Part shown: positions 1 through 12,354 of the stretch, piece after piece
Layout: each line of letters begins with the position of its first letter
Position numbering within the stretch: the first letter of the stretch is position 1
DNA from: Schmidtea polychroa
Lineage: Eukaryota
Assembly (NCBI GenBank): GCA_044892525.1
Contig: CM097885.1
Span: 12,774,001 to 12,838,000 of the forward strand
Length of the DNA: 64,000 bases
Direction of reading: 5' to 3'
Program-made: the position numbers and the translations under genes
Notes under the pieces: generated by a model
Seen by the model: only the letters and a program-made list of their open reading frames with translations
The model's database searches: none
What the model was told of the DNA's origin: nothing

Positions 1-2442
1 ACCATTGGTTACTTAATTTTAAATTTTGAAACCTTAATTTTCCTTAATTTATCCTTAATTTACCTAATTATTCTTTATTACTTAATTTTACACCATAATT
101 TACTTAACAACTAAATATAACCCTTATTTTCATATTTAACCAATAATTTCATGTGGTCATCTGGTTGTAAGTGTTTGGTATCTAGTTGACAGTGCTTAGT
201 ACTTGGTATCTAGTTGTTAGTACTTGGTTGATAATGCTTAGTTGTTGGTTGTTAGTACTTGGTAGGTGGTAGCTAGTTGTTAGCTGGTTGTAACTAGTTA
301 ATGGGTAGTTGGTTGTAGGTACTTAGTATCTAGTACCTAGTTGGTTGGTTGTTTTTGGTTGTTAGTAGTTGGTTGATAATGCTTAGTACCTTGTTGTTGT
401 TGGTTGTTAGTACTTGGTAGGTGGTTGTAGGTACTTAGTAGTTGGTAACTGGTTGTTAGTACTTGGTATCTAGTACCTAGTTAGCTGGTTGTAGCTAGTT
501 AATAGGTAGTTGTTAGCTGGTTGTAGCTAGTTAATGGGTAGGTGGCTGTAGGTACTTAGTAGTTGGTAACTGGTTGTTAGTAACTAGTTGTAAGTACTTG
601 GTAGCAAGTAACATGTTGTTAGTACTTAGTAGTTGGTTAATATTGCTTAGTACCTGGTTGTTGAAGGTTGTAAGTACTTGGTACCTAGTTGGTTGCTTGT
701 TTTTGGTTGTTAGTACATGTTAGGTGGTTGTAGGTACTTAGTATCAGGTAACTAGTTGTTAGTAACTAGTTGTAGGTACTTGGTATCTGGTAATTTGTTG
801 TAGGTACTTGGTTGTTTGAGAGTTATTTAGTACGTGGTATCTAGTTGTAAGTACTTGGTAGCAGGTAACTGGTTGTTAGTAACTAGTTGGAGGTACTTAG
901 TAGTTGGTAATTAAGGCTTAGTACCTGGTTGATGGTGGTTGTGAGTATTTGGTAGGTGGTAGTTAGTTGTTAGCTGGTTGTTGTGGGTTGATAGTACTTA
1001 GTAGCTAGTTAATGGGTTGTTAGTAACTAGTTGTAGGTATCTGGTTGTAAATACATGTTGGTACTAAGTTGTTTGTTTGTTGTTGAATTATTATTAAAAT
1101 TTGTCTTTGAAAAATATTTCATAAAAATTTCCATTAAAAATTATCTTAAAAATTTCCATCTAAAATTATCATTGAAAAATATTTCATAAAAATTTCCATT
1201 AAAAATTAACTTAAAAAAATTATTTCATAAAAATTTCCATTAAAAATTACCATTGAAAAATATTTTATTAAAATTTCTATTAAAATTACTTAAAAAATTA
1301 TTTCATAAAAATTTTCATTAAAAAATTTCAATTCTCAAACACCTTCTATTATTTCAACTTTTTGTTAATAAATTTTAAAATCTTACTTTAATTTACTTTA
1401 ATTTACTTATTTAAAAATTATTACTTTAATTTACTTATTTAACTTTAATTTAAAATTTTTGACCATTGATTTCTTAATTTTAAAATTTGGACCTTAATTA
1501 ACTTTAATTTAATTTTTAGAACCTTAATTTAGTTATTTGAGCCCATTCATTACTTTAATTTAAAAATTTGAACCATTATTTACTGTAATTTAATTTTTAG
1601 AACCTTAATTTACTTTAATTCAAAAATTTGGACCATAATTTACTTTAATTTAATTTTTAGAACCTTAATTTACTTTAATTTAAAAATTTGGACCATAATT
1701 TACTTTAATTGAAAAATCTGATCCCATTAATTACTTTAATTCGAAAATATGAACCTTAATTTACTTATTTAGACCATAATTTAATTTAATTTTTTAGAAC
1801 CATAATTTACTTTAATTGAAAAATTTGGACCATCATTTACTTTAATTTAAAAATTTGAGCCATAATTTACTGTAATTTAATTTTCAGACCCATAATTTAC
1901 TGTAATTTAATTTTTTAGGACCATTATTTACTTTAATTGAAAAAATTTACCACGTTTTTTAGTGTAGACCACCTTTTTGTATTGAAATTCTCAGGACCAA
2001 GGAGACCCACCTGAATTGACCTAGAAAATTCCATGCTTTTTTAGTGGTAGTCGGATTTTTGTATAGAAAAATTTTTTTTTGTATTGAAAATCCCAGGACC
2101 ATCGAGACCCCCTCATTATAGTGTGAAAAATCCTTGGCTTTTTTAGTGGTAGTCGGATTTTTGTATTGAAATAATTTTTTTGTATTGAAAATCCCAGGAC
2201 CATCGAGACCCCCTCACTATAGTCTGAAAATTCCATGCTTTTTTAGTGGTAGTCGGATTTTTGTATTGAAAAAAATTTTTTGTATTGAATATCCCAGGAC
2301 CATCTAGACCCCTCACTATAGTGTGATAAAAAAAAATTTGGACCAAAAATCCCTGAAAGCAAAAAATGTGAGTTGCAGCAATTGCGTAATCAAAAGTTGC
2401 AGAAAAAAAAAAGTTGCTGCAGTAAGCTACTAACTACCTACT
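1..2442. mobile_element. Right arm/terminus of a second, diverged Polinton-like giant-TIR element (continues beyond the left edge of the window)
   Basis: Collinear with 58530-61428: GT-rich GGTTGTTAGTAACTAGTT repeats, ~31-bp AATTTACTTTAATT repeats, then ~79-bp CCAGGACCATCGAGACCCCCTCACTATAG repeats. It ends in the same CTACCTACT at 2434-2442. The predicted 6-bp TSD is GTTGAG (2443-2448). Confidence 0.85.
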
Positions 2443-5400
2443 GTTGAGGATACCTATATAACAAATTTATAAATAAATAAATAAAATTACCTGGGGGAAG
2501 ATCGTCATGACAAACGGGATGATCTATGGGAACTCAGAAAAGAAAACGGAAGCAAAAAGAAATGAGAAATGAGAAAGAGGAATGAAACAAAAGAAATCAA
2601 ACTTTAAAACAAAAACAAAGGTCAGTACTATTTAATTAATACAAAAAGGAAAAGGAATTTCGAAATCTGGAAAATAGAAAAAACAACAATATTCTTATCT
2701 TGTCAAAGAATTGCCGGGAAAAGGCGGTTGAACAAAAAAGGAAAAGGAAAAATATCTTGACAGCAGTCAGAGATAAAATTGGAACAGTCGGGAAAGGCAG
2801 GAGAAAAAAAATGGAAAAACATTTGATTATATTGAGTGCCACAAATAAAGCAAGCTATATAAAGAGAAACTGGTAGACACAAAATGGACACAAAAGAAAG
2901 ACAAAGTTCGAGACAAAAAGTGAGAGACAAATTGACACAAAACTGAGACAAAATTAGATAGAACCGAGGCGACAAATTAGACAGAGTCGAACGAAACGTT
3001 ATTGAAAAAACGATTTGTGAAGAATAATTGTAAAGAAAATAATTGTGAAGAATAATTGTTGGAGAAGATTTGAAGAAAAGAATTAGTTGGAAAATTAAAC
3101 GAAAAGAAGTTACTTGAGTATTTGAATAAAGTTGTGAAGAAGGTCAAAGAAAACAACCAGCTCAAAGTCCCAGTTGATAAACCAATCAGTAGTTAGTGAT
3201 TTTTCAATTCGGTGTTATATACAAGTACTATTCCTCACTGAGTGTTGTAATAAGCATTGTATAGTCACCAAGCAGAGTGTTGAATTGATTGTCAGTGTAA
3301 AATGAAAGTTATTTGTGATTATCAATAAACATTTCTTTGTAAATTATCTTTGTAAATTATTGCATTCAAAATTTCATTACTTTTTCAAACTTCTCAGAAG
3401 ACGTCAATTCCTAAATAAATATGTTACATTAATTTTAAATTATTACTCTAATTTACATTAATTTACTTGCTTCTGATCGTCATGCTGCGGTGTTCGTATA
3501 TCTACCTTACTCTAGTTTTATTCTGGTTTTAAGGTTTAAAAAACCGGTTAATAGGTCAAAAATGATATTTAAATTACCAAAAATTCAATAAAACTTTATG
3601 AATTTTCTGAATATATTATCGATTGTATTTTTTGGATAACTAGATTAAAAGATTATAAACCAAACCTTTCTATTGTTGGGTATTTTGTGCAAGTCGGTAT
3701 TACTGTCTGACTCCTTTGTGTTCTTTTCAAAAAAAAATTAACGACCCAACACAAAGTCTTTATTTAAGACTGATACAGCTACACCTTAGTTACACTTTTT
3801 ATTAATTCAACCACACTTGATACAACCCTCTCTGGTCTGCACTTTTCAATACAACTACAAATCTCACGCATGGATAGATCTTCCAACGAGAGATGTCCCT
3901 TTCTGGTTCGTTCGATTTAAATTATTCAATTGCTAGTAACTTTAACTTTTTATTTGTCACTCTCGCTAAACTTCTTTTTTTAATTTTTTTCGACCAACTG
4001 GCAATTTTTTTTTCTTGCCAGTCGCTTTTATACCCATTTTGTAATTGACTTTACTTTGTCGAATTATTCTGGATCCAACTTCCCCCCAGGTTTCCTCTTG
4101 TAGCTCTAATTCGCTTTGACGAATTTGCCCGTCTCCTTTGATGGCTCGCTTCAATTTAATTTTAGTCGGCTAATTTAATTGCCTTTCATAATTTGATTGA
4201 TAATTCAGGTTCTCTCAAATCTCTAGGTTTTTCCATTGTCTCAGGTTTCCTATTAGCTCGAGTTCTCCATTAGCTCGGGTTCTCCATTAGTTAATTAATT
4301 TTTGTTTTTTGTAATTTATTCCTTCTAAGGATCCCCATTGATTTTATTTTATTATAGTTGAACTCGTCTCATTATTTAGCATCCGCCCAAACCAGTTTCC
4401 CCGGGAAAATATTTATTTTAATTTTTTTTTGATTTTTAATTAATATTTTGTACTTTAAATTTTTATTGTGAATTTGGTGTTTTTATTGATTTTTGACCTC
4501 ATTTTTGTGTCTCTCCTGTTGAACCGCAACACTATGTATAAAAACAGTTTAATTTAAAAAACATTGACTGCTTTATCATTGTTGGTTTTGCTTTCTATAT
4601 TTTTCTATTTCACTAAAAAATCAAAATTTAAAATATAAAAGATTACTTGATTGATTTATGTTCAATATTCAATTTTAATGGAGAAGGAAAATATTTACGT
4701 CCTAATTAGGTTTGTCAGTTTATTTTGTGACCAGGTGTGATGGAATATGGTTACATAGTTACATTTATTTAAATATTGAGTTTGAGGATTTAAAATTATT
4801 TGGTTTTTTCTTGCCCAAAATGATTTTGAGTAAGTATATCACATATCTACCAGACTGAATAAATTGTGGAATTAATTTGTACGTACGAAAGCTATATGTA
4901 AAATATGCAAAATCATATCTATTTTATAATGATGATGATCTAGCTGTTTACAACATCTAAGATCCAAAGCTTCTGAATATAGATACTTAGCATATATAGT
5001 TCATCGGAAAAGCAGGTAATCAAATTGAAGTGTTACAACTTGAAATATTTATTTTTGTTAATGCAGTTCGATTCTGTAAATCTAAATTTGATAACATCTT
5101 GAATGATTTAAATTTCATAATCTTCACTAAACTGAAAATTTATTAAATTAGTTTTAGAAGCCAAACAATTATTAATTGATATTTGAAATGAACTAAGCGC
5201 AAAAGTACGTGAAACTTCTTATTAATTAAAATTATTATAATATTTAAAGAAATTGCATTTTCCCATTATTATAAATAAAACTCATTAGATTTAATTTAAT
5301 TAATTTTGAAAATAGACGATCACTGCAATATCAGATACTCGGACGAAAATGCAAAGGATTTTTTTTATTGACATATTTTTTCAATAATTGATTTTCTTTA

Positions 5401-5979
5401 TTTGAATAATGTTCACACAGCCGCTTTCGGTATGCAATTTTAATGAGTTCTTGTGTTGTATTTTGATGATCTTTACTAATATGTGGAAAGGTATACTAAT
5501 CTTGTTGTTTCCAGTCTTTAGTATCCTGAGTTTATGAATAATAGAGATTGACACGAAGTTCATCGAAAATGTAGATACCAAGATTAGAACGTCACAATTT
5601 GAAAAGCTAAAATACTTGATAAACATTTGGGTGAATAAAATAAGAAAAAATTTCGTTCTTATCTTATAAATACATGAAAATCATAAATAATAAATGAAAT
5701 AAAACTTTACAAAAAGCTATATTATTACAAATATTATGTATATTAAACCAAGTTGTTTTTAACATTAATATCCGCGTATAAATCAAATTTAATTAATTAA
5801 TTTAACTTTTATTCTTATATAATTCTAATTTATACAATTTTGAAAATGTTAAATTTTATTTTTCCTCCTACTCTTTCGCAAAAAGAAATAAAACAAGATA
5901 TATTCGTAAATCCTTAACTTTTCCGATTACTTAAAAAATCAGTGGATCAGCCGTTGGATGCTTTGAAGTATCCAGGAGC

Positions 5980-7103
5980 CCACCGGTGATCTTTTTGGAA
6001 GCAGTTGGGAGCGTATGTTCACAAGGAATCTGTGTCACCGGCTACGATATTAATTTACAATTGGGTTCTATAACTTTAGTTCTTTATATTGTAACTGATA
6101 CATGTAAAGTTTGGAGTTATAAAGTTCGGTTTGTCCAAAAACTATCTATCCAAACACATCATCTTCTCATAAAGCATAACTACAATTCGATCAATTGCTT
6201 TGCCACATAATCTCAAATTTATACGTTTCTTCTAATTTTGGACAGTTTTATTCTTTAACTTATAATAATCTCCCTGAAATGGAACCATACTATCTGCGAT
6301 CATTTGGGTTATGTAATCCATATATCTTTGAAAATAACTACCTGCTTACAGCACAATTAACTGTTGAAACTCTTGCACAGTAACTCAATCATTCCGTCGA
6401 AACTCTACTATTAATCACATAATTATATAATATAACAGTTTTTCAAATTTATTACCAGGTAGATAGCAAAGTTCAGGAGCTATATATGAAACATCTAATT
6501 TATCATGTATACTATCAGGAATGACGATATTAACCTCCAGAACATATCCACGATCTCCTTAAGCAAGCGGTCGAGTTCTGGATGTTGACTAAGTTCTATT
6601 GGTTAAGTAAGCTGTTTAAGAGCAAAAGCCCAACTCAATCATGGGATAAAAGAAAATGGAGTGCCTCCAATCCATCTTCAACAAATGTTTTGTCTCTGAA
6701 AGCTTCAAAAGCATCAAATAACTGAAAACATCCAACTTAGGGTACACCAAAATATAATCAAAATTGTGTTATTGTCATATTTGAATAGCGTGTTAATATT
6801 CTGTCTCATTAGTTCCCGACCAAATTGGTTGTAACTCAGATATTGTTTGTAATACATCTATCCATGTAGCAATATCATAAGGGAATAAGATTTTACCAGT
6901 TATTATCTGCGAATTTAAAATCTTTGAAGTAAGTCAAAACTTGGTAAACCATATAATAATTTTGACAAGTTGCTTTTTAAAAATATATTATAAAATGTCA
7001 TATAACCGGTGCCATCCCCATCAATGGTTCTACAGGCAGTCATATTTAAAGGTGTTCCTTTTTGTACAGATAATAGCATGTGAGAAATATGACTAAATGA
7101 CAT
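5980..7103 (-). pseudogene. Decayed protein-primed family B DNA polymerase (Polinton/Maverick pPolB), with frameshifts, stops and deletions
   Basis: Manual minus-strand translation gives pPolB-like blocks in the expected order: GKILFPYDIATWIDVL (~6899-6852), LFDAFEAFRDKTFVEDGLEALHFL (~6722-6650), GYVLEVNIVIPDSIHDKLD..APE (~6549-6470), YFQRYMDY..GDYYKLKNK (~6336-6250), RKRINLRL-like (~6230-6205), and the catalytic motif NIVAGDTDSL (~6051-6022). Confidence 0.85.
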
Positions 7104-7948
7104 TATGCAAGACAGTTAGTGTAATTGACTATATTTTTAAAGTTTATTATTAACATATTAATGTTTTATTAGTACAAAAACACGTTTTAGATAAAGCAGA
7201 CTGCAAAAAGTATTAGATATCTACGACAAAATGTCTAAAGTTTAATAAAAAATGACGCTTAAAAAATTTGTATTTTGGTTTCTAAAATTGGGTGTTCTAG
7301 GCGGCTCTGAAGATAACCTTAAAAATAACTCGATTACTGACGATTTAAACCACGAGGTTAAAATATATTATACCCTATGTTATTAAGGTAGAAATAATAC
7401 GACAGGATTGCACGCTTGCCTTAACCATTCCCATTCCTACTGTATTGTAAAATGTAGTTTTTCTAAAAAAAAATCATAATAAATCACCAGATAAATGAAA
7501 ATTTTGATTTTGACTATTTTATAAAGGATACCACTAAAATTAGTTCACGGAGAATAAATTTTATTTTATAATTTTTTCATTTAATAATTTGTTTAAATTT
7601 TCGGGATTTCCTTAATTTTTTTCTGAATTAATTAATATTTAATATTTTAATTTGAAATTATATTTTTTTAAAATAAAATTGTGGTAAAAATTACATAATA
7701 CATATTTTGAATTATTTTTGCTATCGAATAAACTAGACTAAGCAGTATTAAGTAGATTAAAATCTTGCAATTATATAAAAACATCTATTAAAAGTTAATT
7801 AAAAATTAATTAAGCATTATAAAATCCGAAATCAATATTTTTCAGGAGGGAAGTGTAAAAATATAGCAAATAAACAGATAAGAAAGAATATAATAATTTT
7901 AAATTAATGAAAGCCCTTATGAACTATAATTTAAAATAATATAAAATA

Positions 7949-9810
7949 ATGGCTCCAACAATGTTATCTATTTTCATGTCAAGTTTAGAAAAGAAAATTT
8001 TACCATACAATTTAACTAAATCTTAGGTGATATTTTATTGTGTATAAACGATATGTTGATGATATTTTATTGGAGTTTGAGAATCTTGAGCATGTAAGGT
8101 CTTTCTTAGATTATATAAACGATTTGCACATGAATATTAAATTAATGTGTGAAAAAGAATAAATGTCTATGATACCATCTTCGGATCTGGTTATTCAACG
8201 GAAGGAAAAGGACTATCAGACTGAAATATACAGAAAAGCAACTGATACTGTCTTTATACTACTCCTGAGAGCTTTTGTGAAAATAAAAACAAGCGAAATA
8301 TGGCGAGAGGATTAGTCTTCGTGTATGGTCATCCACGTTTATTAATTCAGTGAAAAGTATTGCTTCTCTGGTTATGCTGCTTCTTAAAAATGGATATTCT
8401 AAATATTCTTTTGAACGCGTGAAAAAAAACAGTTGATAAATGTAGTTAATTGTAATCGAATCCATCACTGCCATCGTAGATTATCAATTCGATTCTGCTT
8501 TCAAGTAACACATCATAAAGTTCAGCTCCATTAGATCCATTCTTACAAGAAACATCATAAAGCATTTTGGAAGTATTATTAGTTTCGGCTGTCATATAAT
8601 TCTCTTCAGAGAACAACAAAGGTGAGAAAATAATTAAATCGTTATGTTCAATAATGTTTGATCGTTTCCAATCGTTAAAATCTTCATACTCCAAATTTCG
8701 TTTGATCATTTCCTTTTCAACAACTTCGAACAATTCAAAAACCACAAAATTTTCAAAAACCTTTAATTTCAAAAATACAACAAATCAATTTAAATAATAT
8801 CACCTTTTTAAACAACTCAAAAATATCCATATAATCAAAATCCAAAATTCGATAATATCCAAGAATAACTAAATTCCAAATCTCGAAATCAACTCAATTA
8901 ACATAAGTCCAAAATCGAAAATAAATTAAAAATCATAACTTACAAAAACCACATTGTTCGCGTCTGTGTGCTCACACATAAAACCCACAATTAAACCAAA
9001 GATTGACCAAAATGGATGTTGAATACTCATGATCTTTGTACAGCTTTATCTGAAAGTAATGATACTATTTTTGATGCTGAAGTTAATGTGTTGTCAGGTT
9101 TGGTAGGTGAAAAAGTCAGATCTAAGCACACTGATCAAAAATATGTGTTGATATTACCTTATTCTGAAGGTTTCAGAGAATTCTTGCATAAGATATTTAA
9201 ACATATAAGACTATATTTAGGATAGTTTCAACGTCTTGCAAGGATGGTAGCATGTTCACTAATAAGTCTCCAACTCCAGTTGGTCTGTGTTCAGAACTCG
9301 TGTATCAATTTTCATGTAATTTTCATTGCCGACGGAATGAATTGACCCACATTAGTGATCATATTATGAAGAGTACCATTAAAAAATAAGTATTTCTGAT
9401 TTTAAGATCTTGTCGAAGAGTTTGAGTAATTACTTGGATCGAGCAACGTGCGAGGCGTTGTTAATTATATCTTTAAATCTTATAATTAATTTTCAAAGTA
9501 CCCAGTCTACAAGGATTTTGAATGTATTTAAATAATGTAACGTGTTAAATTAAATTAATTTTTTAAAAAATTGTTTGTTGTATGAGAATGCTAATAATTT
9601 TGTGCATTTTTAAAATTAAAATAATTTTTATATGATTAAAAAATTGTCTTATAAAGTTTTATTAAAATATCTTTTAGTCTGATACAGATTGATAACGATA
9701 TTTAGTTGTTAAATTGTTTGAATATAATTATTTTCATTTAGTTGTGATTAATTCGATTCTTAGCCTGAAAAGGACTGTTAAAGAGTCGAAATATATAGCA
9801 TTGTTATATT
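7949..9810 (+). mobile_element. Degenerate Penelope-like retroelement (RT plus start of GIY-YIG endonuclease), interrupted by an unrelated segment at ~8440-9010
   Basis: Broken frames give APTMLSIFMSSLEKKIL (7952-), YKRYVDDIL (RT YxDD at 8052-8063), LDYINDLHMNIKL and TEIYRKATDT (PLE thumb motif), then LILPY (~9150) and LVYQFSCN (~9297, GIY-like). A hammerhead-like motif follows at 9765-9797. Confidence 0.75.
9761..9800 (+). ncRNA. Degenerate minimal hammerhead-ribozyme-like motif at the 3' end of the Penelope remnant
   Basis: CTGAAAA-G-GACT-gttaaag-AGTC-GAAA-TATATA: a CUGANGA-like box (G8>A), a 4-bp stem II, a GAAA box and a palindromic stem III, as in PLE minimal hammerheads. Stem I is only about 2 bp. 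Confidence 0.4.
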
Positions 9811-10252
9811 TTCAGATTGTCAGTAACGTACCGAAGTTGAAGAAATTAAGTAAGAATTAGATTTATATTATTAAAGCGAACAAACTCAGAGATAGATAAT
9901 CATAATAATTATTGAGCGTATAATCAACAAAGTACCCAAATTTTATCGAAAGAATATACTGAACATCTATGTTAAAGAAAATCAAATTTGTTATTCACTA
10001 ATCAATGCTGATAGTTGAATGTATAAATTGAAATTGTATTTTTGTGATCTGTGACTAGAACCGGTATTATTTATTTCCAATTTCCATAATTTCCATTTCT
10101 TTTCATTTTCTTAATTTCTAACACGAACTTTCGGCAAAGAATTTTCAAGTTTCATTCAATAATTATAGCATTTATTAAAACAAAATGTATTTTTAACATT
10201 TACAAACTTAAAAAAAAATTTTATTACAATGACATACAAAATTAACAATAAT

Positions 10253-10685
10253 TTATTGTTCTGTGATAATTAATTTAAAATTACCTCCACATAAACCACA
10301 AATTTCAAATAAAGGACTTAATAAACAATCACAACATGATCGAATAATGTTCTTGACGCATTGGACGTGCAACTTGAAGACCCTTATGGCTGGAGTACAC
10401 CACCAAATATGACAAAAAGCAATACAGGCATATAAACAACCCCAGTATAATGCACAACAAATTCCAAATAGCCCACTTAAACATATATAACAAAACTCTT
10501 GGCCTTTATTGAAGCATTTGAAAGCACTTCCCCAAACACAGTAGCAGGATCTGATGGTTCCCGGTTCTCCAATATTGTCATCCCATTCTGCCTAATAATC
10601 AACTAACATATTACAAATAATAATTATTTACAGTTATAAAGCTATTTAGATTCTTTGGATCTCTATTTTCATAGTCAATATTCAT
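10253..10685 (-). CDS. Caveolin-family protein, 130 aa, two exons (10685-10632 and 10591-10253)
   Basis: Spliced translation: MNIDYENRDPKNLNSFIT|AEWDDNIGEPGTIRSCYCVWGSAFKCFNKGQEFCYICLSGLFGICCALYWGCLYACIAFCHIWWCTPAIRVFKLHVQCVKNIIRSCCDCLLSPLFEICGLCGGNFKLIITEQ*. It has the caveolin NRDPK-LN motif, a FEDVIAEP-like signature, an intramembrane hairpin ending in HIW..P and the PLFE motif. The intron (10631-10592) is 40 nt, phase 0, GTAAAT...TTAG. Not in the supplied ORF track. Confidence 0.92.
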
Positions 10686-11053
10686 TATAAAAATAAGTTT
10701 TGTAAAAAAATATTTTGTTTTATGAAATTCAAATAGATGTGATCTGTATTTTATTTAGCATCAAATTTCATCTGTCTGAATACAGCAATAATAATAATAA
10801 TGTTATATATATTGTTTGATACAAATAAGAATATTTTTATACTCAATCTGATCACCACAGGCCGTGACTCACAGTTTGATTTTTAAAAAACTTATAAAAA
10901 TAATCTCTTATTTTTTTGTGAACTTTGATCTGTATTTTTTGATATTTAATTTATTTTCAATACAACAAATGATTGAAAACTAATCTTCATTGCTACACAA
11001 ATTAATTTTTGATCCTTTGTAATAATAAAAATAAATAAAATATCTAAATAATA

Positions 11054-11255
11054 TAATTCAATAATTTTCGTATTAATGTTTGTAAGACAATAGATCAAAA
11101 TAATATATAAGATATACGATATTTCGGCACAGTATTTATCAAGCCTTTACCAAATGTGCATTTCACTAGATAAAGATTGTGTCGAAATATCGTTTACGTT
11201 ATACATTGTTTATATCTATAGCCTTACAAATATTAATATAAAAATTATTGAATTA
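11054..11255. repeat. ~200-bp imperfect palindrome (foldback/MITE-like)
   Basis: TAATTCAATAATTTT..TATTAATGTTTGTAAG..ACGATATTTCGGCACA on the left is mirrored by TGTGTCGAAATATCGT..CTTACAAATATTAATA..AAAATTATTGAATTA on the right. Confidence 0.7.
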
Positions 11256-12354
11256 AAAAAAGATCAAAGGTGAAACCAAAAGATAAATAATTTCTGACTG
11301 ACTTGGCTTGAAACTTATTACATATAATAAAGTTTTAAATTATAAATTTCATATTAGTTAAATCTTTTATTTCTTTTTTGACACCTTTGATCTGTTTACT
11401 TTTTTTGATAATATTTCTATTAGTTATATTTAGTTATACAAAATGTCTCATTCTAATTCTATGCAATTTGTGTTGCATAAAATTAAATATTGCTTCATTT
11501 ACCACTTCATTAAAACAAAAGAAATGAACAGTTTATTACAATATAGTTACATCATTATTGCTCCATCGAGCTTGATAATAAATAATCAAAGAAATTAATT
11601 ACTTTTATAAAACCAATATTTGATGACATAATGTCATTTTCATGACCTTGAAATGTTACTGAGGTCAAATGAGTTGGAGTCTACACAACACAATTCTAAT
11701 ATGGGGTTCATAAAGATGCTCATCAAGTGAATAAATCTTTTAAGGCAAAGCTTAAATATCCATTAAATAATTGAATGATTAACCGGGTCTTAATCCCTAA
11801 TAAATTTAAGAAAATATAAAAATCATCACACCCTAAAATTTATCACTATAATATGGAACCTCGTTAAACGGTTAAATTCCATTGTGTATGAGATAAGTTA
11901 AAATAGAGATAAATTCATATTATGATTATTATAAATATATTTCTTGGAAGCAGCATTCATTAAATGTTAAACAATTAAATGACAATTTAAGCCTAAATAT
12001 ATATATATATATATATATAGCCTATGTTGCTCAAAGTGTGAACAGCTGTGGGAGGAACCTTTCATGTATTCACAATAACAAATATATGAACAATATTTAT
12101 CGTGATCCAATAGATTTGATTATAATAGCAAATATTTAATAAAACATAGAAAATTTTATTTATTAGATTGATTTTGAAAATAATCCGTAATCTTTGGACT
12201 TCTAGAACGCCTTTCTTTCCAAATCTCACTTTGATCACTCCCATATTAATGATAGTTTTCAGGAACAAACTCCAAAAAAAAGATTCAATTTTTTCAACAA
12301 AATGAAAAGCTTCGAATGAATTTATAGGTTCAGGTACAGAATTTTCATATGATT

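Noticed and set aside
160..1085. GT-rich GGTTGTTAG/TAGGT repeats as possible telomeric repeats
   Set aside because: The units are irregular, internal to the element arms and present in all arm copies, not a homogeneous terminal array.
2443..4560. Possible solo LTR(s) or gag-like region with purine-rich strand bias
   Set aside because: No paired LTR, PBS, TSD or recognisable protein motif could be established by eye.
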